Assembly: GCF_006345805.1 (NCBI RefSeq)
Contig: NC_042998.1
Coordinates: 108,314,001 to 108,378,000, forward strand
Reading direction: 5' to 3'
Length of the DNA: 64,000 bases
Source: Octopus sinensis
Taxonomy: Eukaryota
Below, in pieces: positions 36,882 to 49,271 of this stretch; position 1 is the stretch's first letter, and every line of letters begins with the position of its first letter. The translations under genes were made by a program, and so were the position numbers. The notes below the pieces were generated by a model. The model saw only the letters and a list, made by a program, of their open reading frames with translations, ran no database searches and was not told where the DNA came from.

Positions 36882-37631
36882 AAATATAGGTTAATACCAA
36901 ATCCATCTTCTCCTTACTTAAGAAATTATTATTTTTTATCTCACTGACACTGAGGAGTCCCTGAAGTAGATCCAACGGAAATATACCACGACTGCGGATA
37001 ATACCAGGTAGCCCAAACTATGCCAGTGCTCTACTCAACACTTCAACACACTAATCGACATATAACCCATTAGTCCAAAATATTAAACATATACATATAC
37101 ATCTTTTATCTCCTCTGTACCTTTTCGTTTGTCTCTGATTTTTTTCTAATCCTTCAATCCCGCTACCCCTTACCCCCACTCTCCTCCTTACACCTGACTA
37201 GTGTTCGGCCAACTATGATCTTTCTTTCTTGGCTGGACTACCGACCGTTAACCTCTCTTATGTCTATGTCCTATGTTCCTGCCTTTAAGCTTTCACTTTA
37301 TAAACGCCAGCTCAATTTGATTCGTCCTCAGTCGAAAGACACCTGTTGTTTGTATTTGTAATTGCGTACCATGTTCACACACATCCGATAGCTTTCTTAC
37401 AAAAAAATCTAATGTTCTTAGCTTAGAATGTTTTGGGGGCAACCAGATCGAACAGTTTCAAGTATAACTGTCCGAAACTGTAAGGACATCTGGTAATTTT
37501 ACCTACAAAAGAAGGCCACGAATGACCCGTCCTTTCTTTTCTGTCTCTCTAATTGTTGTTTTTCCTGTCCGCCTTTGTATCGTCTATCTATCCAGTTGTT
37601 TTATTGTCCTCTATTGCATTTTTGTTCCATT

Positions 37632-37662
<31 letters not shown>

Positions 37663-38212
37663 CACACACACACATACGCGCACGCATACATACACACGCA
37701 CGCACACACACACGCACACAATAGCGAAGGTGGCTATAAGCAGTATAAAACCAAAAAGGAAGGATTCAATTGTCACTAATTGTGACTGACGGTGCAGGGT
37801 AGTATCTACATTTCTAGAAATAAGAAGTAAAACCCCTCTTAGCCGCAAATGAAGCACAAGTCTATGTACTGATAAGGGAGATTACCACCCCACATCGAGC
37901 GAGATCATCATGCTAGAATTCTAGTTTCGCTTGAAATTAAAATTTTCATTGATGACTACACTATCGCTGAATGGTTTGGTCGAATCCCGACTGTCAGTAT
38001 ATTGTATTTACCAGATCAATCAATGGATCATTCAGCAAAATGATCATGTGAAAATAATAAAATAACGAAGGCAGCTATAAGCAATATAAAACCAAAACGG
38101 AAGAATTCAATTGCCACACAGCCGCCTTCACAAATAAAAAATTATATCCACCAATGCAGTATTAAGCACTCATTTTCATCGTTCGACATTTACGTGTATA
38201 TACATATTTTCA

Positions 38213-38274
<62 letters not shown>

Positions 38275-38476
38275 TTTATGCGATATGTAGCCAAACTGTC
38301 TGTCAGTCAGGGCAGTATAGCTTGCATCAATTTCACTTTCGCAAAACACCTTGATGTCGATAAGTATCCTAGATTAGGACATGATTTTTTTTCCTGTTTT
38401 CTTTCTTTACACATCTGATTAATGTCCCGTTTGTTTGCTGTTATGTTTTTGTCTATTAATATTGACATTAAATATT

Positions 38477-38568
38477 AAGCCATGAGAGCCACTGCCTGGT
38501 ACTGCATCAGGGTAAATATTGCATCAAGGCATGTACTGCATCAGGGTATTTACTGCATCAGGGCATTT
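38477..38568 (+). mobile_element. 3'-terminal fragment of the (ATT)n-associated element with a 4x repeated end
   Basis: aagccatgagagccactgcctgg followed by four tactgcatcaggg-like units, then (ATT)n to 38636. Confidence 0.85.
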
Positions 38569-38578
38569 GTTATTATTG

Positions 38579-38636
<58 letters not shown>

Positions 38637-39430
38637 CTAAACAAGTAGTCAAAATATTTGAAATTTCAAAATTACTTTAATTTTTAAAAATAGGTTTAGA
38701 ATCGCATTAAAGCATATGACAACAAAAGTTATATGAACATTTACTGGAATTAGAATTTTGGAGATGTTTTTCTATTTTATCAATACTTGTAATAAAAATA
38801 GCTAATTAAAAACAATGAATAAAAACAATAAATAGCTAAATAAAAACAATGAAAATGGCTAAATAAAAACAGAAATTTAATGAATATTTCATGTTTTTGA
38901 AACTCATTTATCCTTAAACTAATAGTTATGACTTGTACTTTTGTTTGCATAAACATTATGGAAACACTAGCCAGAGGCAAGAAATTTACAAACATTGAGA
39001 ATTACGATGAAGTTTATAATTTATACAAATCAGTGTATTTATACTGATAAGTGTATACTATTCGATAAAATTACACATGCATTTTGTATGTACAACTTAA
39101 GTGCATAAACATTGCGAAAAGATTTACTTCAAGGCGTGTTCATTACGCCTGCAAGCGAGAAACAAATGCTGAATCAGAAGTGAATCAGGAATCAATAAAT
39201 TCAAAGATGGAGACGCGTGCCGATAAGATTCGTTTTCTTATTTGACTGTGTAGTTGATAACGGCATTAAAAAAGAACTGTGTCTAGCTACATTTTCATGA
39301 AAATATATCGTTGGAATCTGATTTGTTTCACTTTATTCTAGACTTAAAACAAAAACTTTGGTTCAGTAAAAGTCACCTCGACTTATTACTATTTCTTCAT
39401 TGCCTTTCTCTATTATTATTATTATTATTG

Positions 39431-39974
39431 AGTGAGAGAGCAGTGCATGCCATCAAAATGACACTGAGGTAAAATATTCGAAGCCCAGTATACCCATCAT
39501 GACTACCCGTCTGATAAGGGTACACTAGACACAAGCGCCACAACCATATGTGCGCGACATGGTGATCTCATATCAAGATAAACAGCACATGACCTTGTAG
39601 GTGGGGACCAATTAAAATTTTCTTCTTGTCAAGTAACCCATCCCGCTGAAAAGGTCCCTGAATAAGGGTTGTTTAAGGATGTTGAACGAAACACCCATGT
39701 TTCCAGAGGTGAATTATCCAAACCCCAAAGAATCCCTCTCAACACATGGCTATGATGCTCCTCCACTACTTCTGCCCATGATCAGAGATGCATATATCGT
39801 CAGCCACTAAGGGACATGCTCAGCTGGTTAAGGTCAAACAAGTGATAAGCAAATCTGTGGTATTGAGCAGAATATTTCTCTTATACCAAACAAAACAATA
39901 TACATGATAACACTTCCAATCAGTTAAGATCAGAAGCCACGTGAGCCACTGCCTGGTACTGCATCAAGGCATTC
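39431..39974 (+). mobile_element. (ATT)n-associated element, apparently full-length copy 2
   Basis: Homologous to 16191-16734; (ATT)n on both sides (39413-39429 and 39975-40098, the latter with an internal (GTT)n). Confidence 0.9.
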
Positions 39975-39984
39975 ATTATTATTA

Positions 39985-40099
<115 letters not shown>

Positions 40100-40484
40100 G
40101 CTATTTATAATGGTTCGAGCAAAACGAAAAGTTTCTCTTGGTGGTTTGCTAATCCATTTTATAGATCTGAAAACAGTAAACATTAAAGTATTAGTAATTT
40201 ACAAAGTAAAATACTTTCAAAATATTCAAGCAAACGGAAATTTAATTAATACCTACGAGAATAAAACGTGAAAAAAATATGAACGAAGATGCATGATTTT
40301 GAGATTCTTGATACAATATTACACCTAATAGATTCTCTAAATAGCAGTTTGGCATTAGATGGGCAGTAGGTGAGGCTTTAATAATCTTCTGTACATTTTC
40401 CTCGCAATAATAATATAAAATAAATGATTAAAATATAATTGTTTTCATACAATTCTTTTCCTTTACTTATACTACTGCGGCTGC

Positions 40485-40541
40485 TGTAACAACAACGACG
40501 ACGACAACAACAACAACAACAACAACTACTACTACTACTAT

Positions 40542-40580
<39 letters not shown>

Positions 40581-40586
40581 AGTCAT

Positions 40587-40630
<44 letters not shown>
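40485..40630. repeat. Compound (ACG)(ACA)(ACT)(AT) microsatellite
   Basis: Directly visible. Confidence 0.95.
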
Positions 40631-40633
<3 letters not shown>

Positions 40634-42724
40634 CGAATCATATTTCTCTTATTTACCAATTATTTGTCGAGTTTTGGCCAAGAATAAATACCAAAGGTGC
40701 CAGAGAATGTCACTAACGTTTAGAAATCACAGGTTAGCAATTAATTCGTCCTAATCATGTAGTCGATCACTCCTTTTCACAGCAATGCAATGCAATGCAA
40801 TGTATGTATGTATGTATGTATGTATGTATGTATGTATAGATGGATGGATGGATATACTATGTTAGATTAATGGAATGATGAAGGGAACAGGAATTGCGCA
40901 ATAAATCTCTTTGGCTTACAGCTTAAAGAAACAGTGAACAAATGTAATCGGCGATGCTTATTTATTGTAGCAAAGTAACACGAAACAGTGAAATAGTTTG
41001 ATGTCATTTAAACAGAGATTAGGCTGCGAATTCTAATGCCTTTAATTATTGCGTATAGAATTTATTATTTTGCTTATACTTACATATGCATACATAGGAC
41101 AATAGTGTATGATTTGAAGGAAATTTGCTTGTTATTTTTAACGTGCTGAAACAATTGAAGTTGTTTTCCGCGTTGAGTCACATACATACATACATGCATG
41201 CATACATACATACATGCATGCATACATACATACATACATACATACATACATACATACATACATACATACATACATACATACATACATACATTCTCTCGCA
41301 CACATATGCATACATGTGGTCACAGAGTGTACGATGAATGAGGTTTTCTGTTATTTCTAATAGGTCTACCGATAACATAGATATATTGCCTTGGTTCATA
41401 CATTTATTGAAGTTGAAACCTTCACGTAATCTATTATTAGACAGAAGTGAACTCATGGGAAAATACGATGGCCTATAAATGATTGTAGATGGTGCAGTGA
41501 TAATTATTTAGCAACTCATTAAATAAACGTTTAAAGATGATTGGACAGGGAATATTACTTTTCAAACTTACTGGAATATGTTGGATAAAAACAACTGACT
41601 GTCGATGAAAAACTAGAAACATTAAAAATGAGTCGAAACTGGATTAAGACTGAATAACATAATTCTTATATACGCATGGAGATAAATATAATAGTTCCAA
41701 AGGAATGAAAATAAAGGTTTTAGAAATTAAGATCTTAAGAAAAATATGTCGTAGAAATATGAAGCCAAGGGCGAATGAATATTCCGAAAAACAAGTAAAT
41801 AATGAATAAATAAGTTTGCCAAAATAAAGTGATGGAGAATTCAAACCAGGCAGCGAAGAACCTGAAAGAGAAAAACGTGAAAAAGAAGAGAAAAAGGTAA
41901 CAAAAAGCAAAGAAAAAATGTTCGTATGAAATATGGATAACGGAGCAAAACAAATACGTTTATATGTACATAGAAGAGATTGAAGCAATTAGAAAACATG
42001 CATTAGATAGGGAAATTAGTCAGATTAAGTTCTAAAGGTATGCACCCACTAAAAAAGCCCTCCTCCCACCAAAAAAAAGAAAGAAAGATAGAAAACGGAT
42101 GCGCAGACACAGGAAAAAACTGATCAAACTAAACCGGACGAAATCCAATTTCGAAATATGTGAGATCAAGGAAAAAGGTATTCGGGATTAAATGAAAAAA
42201 ATCAATCAAATCAGTTCAAAGCTAGAGTGATAATTTTAGAAATGAGTAATAAGATAAATGTGTATAACCTATAATCTGATCGATGAACTTAACTTCCATA
42301 TAAAAAGCTAAAAGCAAAAGGTAAAAAGTTAAAAGCAAAACTCTTCTAGAATTATATATTGTGATTGAATGTGACGGTCAGAAACAAGCAATATAATTTC
42401 AATAATACGAAGAAAAGCAAAACAAAGTAAAAACAAAAATACATTCAACATATTCGAAATAATAATAAAAATAGTAAAACATGTAATACACACACACACA
42501 AACACACACGCACGAGCATGCACACACACAAACGTACACACACACGCATTAAAAGGTAATATTGCTCTCCAACTTAACGTGAAAGTTGTATTAGAACAGA
42601 ATATTGCGTTATTTACTTTAAGAGGATCTCTCTCATAAGGATACGTTGTGCATAAAAGCATACGCAAAAATTGGGCAAGATTATTTTTTGGTATTAATAC
42701 TGCTATTGTCTGTATTAATAATAT

Positions 42725-43625
42725 ATTCTATAAGCTTCAGCTCAAGATCTGGTGTTGCTCCACCTTCATTGATCCTTCTTTAATAACTGGCATTTGGTGA
42801 ACGAAGAAGTTTGATGCGGCAGCCTTCATTTCCACTTCTTGCCGTGAAGTTGGCTCATCTGGGACTCTTGACAGAAGGAGATCCAGTTTAGTTTTGAAGA
42901 CATCTGCATCCACTGTATGTAGGTCTCCCAGCTCCTTCAGGAGGATATTGAAGAGTTGTGAACCTTTGAAACTCAAGCTGTTGCAGTACCTGGTCTTGTG
43001 TTTTGATAGCAGAGGAGGGATGTTAGACATTATGCAATGCCATTCTGTTCTGGAGTTTGTATAACTTTCAACGTCAAACTTTGGCGCAAGTTGCTCCAGG
43101 ATCTTCCAGATGTATATTGCAGCATATCTTTCTCACTTTCCTTTCACGACGTAAAGTCTTAACATTTTTCTGCCTTGCATTTAACTTTGTCTGTGGATGG
43201 CGTTGTGCTTGAAACTTTCCAGTGTCAAACTGAATGTCATTGTCGTCAGTCCACTTGTATATTGCATCTAAACCTTGTTGCAGGTGCATGCCATCTTCAG
43301 GGCTTTGTATTACATGCGAAACTTGTGTGTCGTTTGCATAGCTTGTGTAAGTGGTCCTCTGTGTAGATGAAGGTCTATCTGAGAGGGCCAATATGTATAG
43401 CAGTGACCCTAAGATAGCACCATGTGGGACTCCACTCACTATTTGTATTTCCTTGGAGGTAGCTCCATTGACTACCATCACCAGACTTCTATTTTTCAAA
43501 ACGTCTTGTAGCCACTCTCCAACTTTTCAAACTATGACGCGGTCAAGCAGTCTGTGACATATCATTCCCTGATCGATTTTATCGAAGGCTTTCACAAAGT
43601 CGAGATATATCAATTTGATTCAGGT
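42725..43625 (-). mobile_element. CR1-clade LINE RT and C-terminal fragment with internal deletion
   Basis: IYLDFVKAFDKID, SGVPHGAILGSLLYI, YANDT, LQQGLDAIYKW, RRERYAAIYIWKIL and FKTKLDLLLSRVPDEP motifs. Confidence 0.88.
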
Positions 43626-43782
43626 CTCTGTTTGTTTATATGTTTTCATTCATGTGCATTAACTACAGCATTAGAGCATTTTAGCTCGTATTTCTAGCAA
43701 TGTTTCTTAACACACATTTAGCGACAATTGTACTGGTCTCTTTTCTTGAAACCTTGCAACCTAGTGTTATATTAATTTTATG

Positions 43783-43837
<55 letters not shown>

Positions 43838-43954
43838 ACATACACACACACATACATACACGCATATATATATATATATATGTATATTTTTGCGTATATG
43901 TATATTTTTGTATACGTGTTTACACACGTGCAAAAATGCGCACGAACACTCAAA

Positions 43955-44020
<66 letters not shown>

Positions 44021-44023
<3 letters not shown>

Positions 44024-44449
44024 GAGGATGGGATGACTATGAAGAAGTGATGATAGAGCTTTGAAATCTTGCATGCACTCATTTCCACATTTCTTATTAA
44101 TAACTGCATTGTTTATTTCCAGGTAAACAGACATGCGTTAATATAGCTTTGAACTGGTTGGTCTCCCTCACTATTCTCCTGATTTGGCCCGATCTGACTA
44201 TCATCTGTTCCCCAACAAAAACCATTGCAGGGAACTGGTATCGAAGTGAAAATAAAGTCATATCTGCTGCTGATGACTTTTTTTACCAACAGAATGAAAG
44301 CTTCTCCACTAATCAAATCCAAGCAGTGTAACACTGATGGAAGAAATGTGTGACTCGCAAGGGGGTCTTTGTCGAAAAATAAATCTCATTTGGTCATATT
44401 CCGCGAGAGTATCTTGACCAGCCTGTAGACTTTTAAGCCCACCCTTTTA
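44021..44449 (+). mobile_element. Internally deleted mariner (DD34D-type) element with both ends
   Basis: Left end tacgaggatggg..gactatgaag; right end gaccagcctgtagacttttaagcccaccctttta. Peptide LPHYSPDLARSDYHLFPN..WKKCV..VEK* is the mariner YSPDLAPSD motif. Confidence 0.85.
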
Positions 44450-44628
44450 TATGAACAATATAAGGTTTGGTATGAGTGAGATTTGACTATTATATATATT
44501 GCACCAGGAAAACAGGTAGAAGCATCGATAAAGTGTCGGAACAGGCACATCCATCCATCCATCCATCCATCCATACATACATACATACATACATACATAC
44601 ATACATACATACATACATACATACATAC

Positions 44629-44827
44629 TGCCTAAAAACCAATCTTGAGAAATTATGCTACTCAAAACCAGAAAGGAGAAGGCTAATCTGAAGGCTAAAG
44701 ATCACTGGAACTGTGAAAATCTGTAAAACTTTCCAGAAGTTTATCATTTAAATATATGTGAGCATGTCTATATATGCAACTATATGCATAGAGATACACG
44801 CATAAAACATACAAATCTGCACATTCT

Positions 44828-44909
<82 letters not shown>

Positions 44910-45078
44910 CCTACATACATACATACATACATACATACATGCATATATACATATATACATACATACAAACAAAAATACCCTGTTGTTGATGTTGAAATTC
45001 CAATGAAGAAGCCTTGGATCTAGGTTAGAAACCAGTTATTTCTCTATTGGCAAGAAATCTTGAAATAAACTGAATAAT
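44629..45078 (+). mobile_element. R4/Dong-like family B 3' end inserted in (CATA)n
   Basis: Homologous to 56720-57115 (NLEK..FSKP..KTFQKFII* plus 3' UTR). (CCAT)/(CATA)n at 44548-44628 upstream and (CATA)n at 45079-45178 downstream. Confidence 0.9.
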
Positions 45079-45517
45079 CACATACATACTTAATACATCT
45101 ACACATACATACATATTTACATACACATACATACATACATACATACATACATGCATACATACATACATACATACATAAGCGTATGGCGTAATTTCAAGTT
45201 TTGGGGAGATATATTTATCTTGCTTGTTTCAGAAAATTTTGAGATCGGCCTTCTTCTAGTTCTTCCATACATACAATTTATTTAAAACTATGAATTCTTT
45301 CCCATATGTAATGTCAGTGTCTTTAAACTTTGTGTGTCGTAAAGCCAGCTGGAGACGATGTCTCCTGGGGCTAAACAGCAGTAGCATTTGTCTCAATCGG
45401 GACTGCCACATTAAGTTAGCAAATAACCTTTACTTTAATGTACTGCTACTGAATCTCTCTCTGTGTCTATATATACATACATACATACATACATACATAC
45501 ATACATACATACATACA

Positions 45518-45550
<33 letters not shown>

Positions 45551-45551
45551 G

Positions 45552-45655
45552 CATACAAACAAAAATACCCCGTTACTGATTTTGAAATTCCAATGAAGGA
45601 GCCTTGGATCTAGGTTTGAAACCGGCTCTTTATTGGCAAGAAATCTTGAAATAAT
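45552..45655 (+). mobile_element. R4/Dong-like family B extreme 3' tip
   Basis: catacaaacaaaaatacc..ccaatgaaggagccttggatctagg..ggcaagaaatcttgaaataa, following (CATA)n at 45473-45545. Confidence 0.85.
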
Positions 45656-45682
45656 ACGGAACAGTGACTTAGGCTATATGCA

Positions 45683-47846
45683 CTATTCCACAACACTCCA
45701 CCTGCATCTAATGAAGAGGACTGCTTCACCAACCTGGGCTGCCGGCCATCCCACTGGATGCCAATTCCTTGCCACTTCCAAATAGTCGATCATTTTGCAA
45801 GCATCTGCCAACATGTGGACCGGTCCAACTTTTATAGGCGTCCCCGACGTTCTAACATCTCCCCGGACCGAACTCTCGGCCATTCGATATCTCCGACGCC
45901 GCATAGATGTCATCATAAAATCGGCCGACAAGTGTGGAGCAGTGGCGGTGTGATGCACACACCTTTACAAAGCTGAAGCTCTCTGCCAACTTCAAGACAC
46001 CTCCTTCTATTGCTCTCTGCCCCTCAAGCACCATGCCTAACTACGAAACGACTGTGTTCTCCACTATTCACGAGCTCATTTAATCCTCCCACCTCCCTCC
46101 CACTGCCTACAACTTTATTGTCCGCACTCCAAGCACATCCACTATTTACTTCCTTCCCAAAATTCAAAAGACCAACAACCCTGTCCACCCATCGCCTCCG
46201 TCTGCAACTGCCCCACAGAAATGATCTCCAAATACCTCGACCGTGTCCTTGCCCCACTTCCTAGTGGCGTCCCTCCACTCCCACATCCATGACACTAACC
46301 ATACTCGCCATCTCTTTAACTTTTTCTCCTTCCCTTCTGACCCCTCTAAATTTCTGTTCACTCTTGATGTCAAGAGTTTACATACGGTAATCCCACACAT
46401 CGAAGAACTTCTTGCGCTGAAACACTTTCTGGACCTTTGACCTGATCCCCTACCTGACACCTTCACACTTTTTCCCTCCCTAAACTGCTTCTTGTTCGCG
46501 GGTTTTTTTATCAACAGGTCTCGGGAGTGGCCATGGGAACGAGAATGGTCGCCAACTCTGTGAACCGGTTCGTTGGCTATGTTGAAGCCCAAATATTCTC
46601 CCAATTCACTGGTCCCACAACCGAACTATACGGTCGTTATATTAATGAATGTATCGGCGCGACCTCACTCTCCTGCAAACAACTTCCTCTCTTTTGTCCA
46701 AGCTTTCCATCCTGCCTTCGAATTTTCCTGCTATATATTTAAATCTTCCGTCGAATTTCCCGACATTTCTGTCAGAATAAACCACACCGCTCTCACTACT
46801 TCCACACACCGACTCACACTCCTTCTTTAACTTCTCCTCCTCCCACCCTACCCACACCAAGCTCCCCATCCCCTATTCCAAATTCCTCCGCCTGCGCAGG
46901 CTCTGCAGTGACAACCATGACTTTAAGACTCAGTCTTAACTCATGGTTCGCCACTTCATCCTACATGATTATCTCCTCTCTTCATCCTTTGCTCCACATG
47001 GCTCAACTCACCTCCTCTCTTCATCTGATACCAGCCTCATCTCCTCCCTTCATTTGATACCAGCCCCACAACATTCCACACGCACTAGTACTGACCAGTT
47101 CCAGCACCCACTCCACACACCCACACGCAATCTTCAATAGCGTCGCCACACGTACTACTATATGAGCAGCCACACACACTGTTTAACTCCGTACACACAC
47201 CACACTTCATCATGCACACTCCCATACCCACACAAGCACATTATACTTGAACACAGTCTATATCTATATACACACGCAATACGCATTAACACACGCAACA
47301 TACATAGCCAATGATAACTTTCGCTCACATATATACACCACATACCTGCACACAGTTTGGTCACAGATACACTCATGTGCATACATCAACTGCGATACGG
47401 ACACAGACCACACACACACACACACACACACATACATACACACACATGTTACACACGCCCGCACTCACACCTGTCAGAATCACTCGCCGCCATTCACACA
47501 CACAAACACTTACACACTCACGCACACCATTTTTACATACACATACGCTGCCGCACCTCTTGTTGGGATCACTAGTACTTTATTATCTCCTTCATATAAT
47601 GTCTTTTTTTTATTATTATCTCCCTATTATTTAAACCTCTTTTCTTTCAATCATGCTGGACCGTAGAAATTTAAAGCTTTTTTTCATTCTCTCTCAGTTT
47701 ATTTTCTCTTATTCCTTTTTGTTGAAGAGCGTAGGCTTGAAACGTAAAATCCTTTTTTTCGTTTTTCCCGAGCGTCAAACTATTACACTTGCTTGTTGTT
47801 CATACACCTGTCTTCTATACATTTCTTAAAATTTTCTATAAATTTC

Positions 47847-47850
<4 letters not shown>
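45683..47850 (+). mobile_element. Penelope-like element (Neptune-like RT), pseudogenised, GIY-YIG region not found
   Basis: IIKSADKCGAVAV, YFLPKIQK.NNP, CNCPTEMISKYLD, FTLDVKSLHTVIPH, GVAMGTRM, YGRYINECIG, SSHP.HTK..IPYSKFLRLRRLCS. CA-rich segment at 47140-47560; 3' non-coding end to ~47850, then (TA)n. Confidence 0.9.
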
Positions 47851-47884
<34 letters not shown>

Positions 47885-47898
47885 GAAATTTATATATA

Positions 47899-47961
<63 letters not shown>

Positions 47962-48079
47962 TGCCAACAATTTCACTGATGGTCTGTTTTGAATACATAA
48001 TTTATTGGAAGGAAAATTATACATTATGCATAAAAAGCATAATTTTGTTTTATCTTTTTATCATCAATAGTTTCTGTTT

Positions 48080-48660
48080 GAGAATATCGATTTTTATTTT
48101 ATCTACACATTGCAGTTGTATAATTTAAGGCGGTTTGTGTTTTTAGTGTTTTAGGGTTAGAGTATGCGATAGATGCACTTCCTTTGATAAGGAATGAGGG
48201 GGCGTAAAATGGTTTCTTCTTAGATTGATACTGTGTTGCATTCTTACTTGGTATGGGCCTTTTTACAAGGCTGTGCGACACTTTGCACTGTAGAAGTCTT
48301 CAATAAAATAACTTTAGGATGTCTAGTTGAATTTCGACGATAATATTCCATGTTACTGATACATCTTATTTCTGTGTTACTAGATAACCCGGACAAGGAA
48401 ATATAATTTTTCCTGTTCCTTGATATCAAATATGAAATAGTCGTATTGATGGTGACGGCTTTTGGAAATATTTCCTTTAAGCTCCTTATAAATACTCAAG
48501 ATACAATACTTTTCAGGAGACGCAATCCATCAAGAGGAAAGGTATCTGAACGTTACCAATTTTAAGTTGGCTGTTGACATGGGGACTGTGTAGAAGTTTG
48601 TTTTTAGCTATCGTCTGTGATGGTTGAAACGATGTTATGTTTCAATAAAATGTGTTAAAT
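48080..48660 (-). mobile_element. Very old LINE (I/Nimb- or CR1-like) post-RT fragment
   Basis: Weak similarity only: LKIGNVQIP.., YDYFIF (LDYG-like), IEDFYSA..MQHSINL. Many stops. Confidence 0.3.
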
Positions 48661-49271
48661 ATGCCATGCCTATTAAGTTCTTTCTAAATATGTTTATGGG
48701 CTTAGAATGTGCATTGCATAAGAAATGATCATACAAGGACCATTCTGAATAATGAAGTTACTTCCCTTTCGAAGATCGTTAAGGACAAACAACCCGACTA
48801 TTTCCTACCCTTCAGCACTCATCCTCCTCCTTATGGTGAAAACGGAATCCTTTTTCATTTAAGTAGGAACTTTCGTAATGAATTAGTGACAGATTAGCGT
48901 CTTGCTCTCTTAATCTCAATGTCATTAATTGTACTGAATTGTCCAATACCAAAGGAGTTCATCATGAGTTTCCTTAAATTCTCTTTTATCTGACACATAC
49001 ATACATACATACATACATACATACATACATACATACATAATACATACATACATACATACATACATACATACATACATACATACATACATGCATGCATACA
49101 TACATACATACATACATAATACATACATACATACATACATACATGCATGCATACATACATACATACATACATATATGTAGGTGTGTGTATCTGTATATAC
49201 ATACATGTTTATGTATGTATATATGTATGTGGGTATGTATGTATGTATATATGTATGTATGCAGGTATATC

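Larger units (their letters stand above)
36276..36984. repeat. Long inverted repeat: ~260-bp arms (36276-36532 / 36725-36984), ~190-bp spacer
   Basis: Arms align as reverse complements at roughly 75-80% by eye (e.g. gtctcgctaaagatcctgagttttgg is shared exactly). This explains the near-identical ORFs 36342+ and 36697-. Confidence 0.92.

Noticed and set aside
41800-41925. Very long polypyrimidine acceptor on the minus strand (..ctctttcag| at 41862)
   Set aside because: There is no convincing GT donor downstream, and it is explainable as a purine-rich low-complexity tract.
48709-48897. 62-aa non-repetitive ORF MHCIRNDHTRT..
   Set aside because: No recognisable domain or splice context; it adjoins a decayed minus-strand LINE, of which it is probably the antisense.
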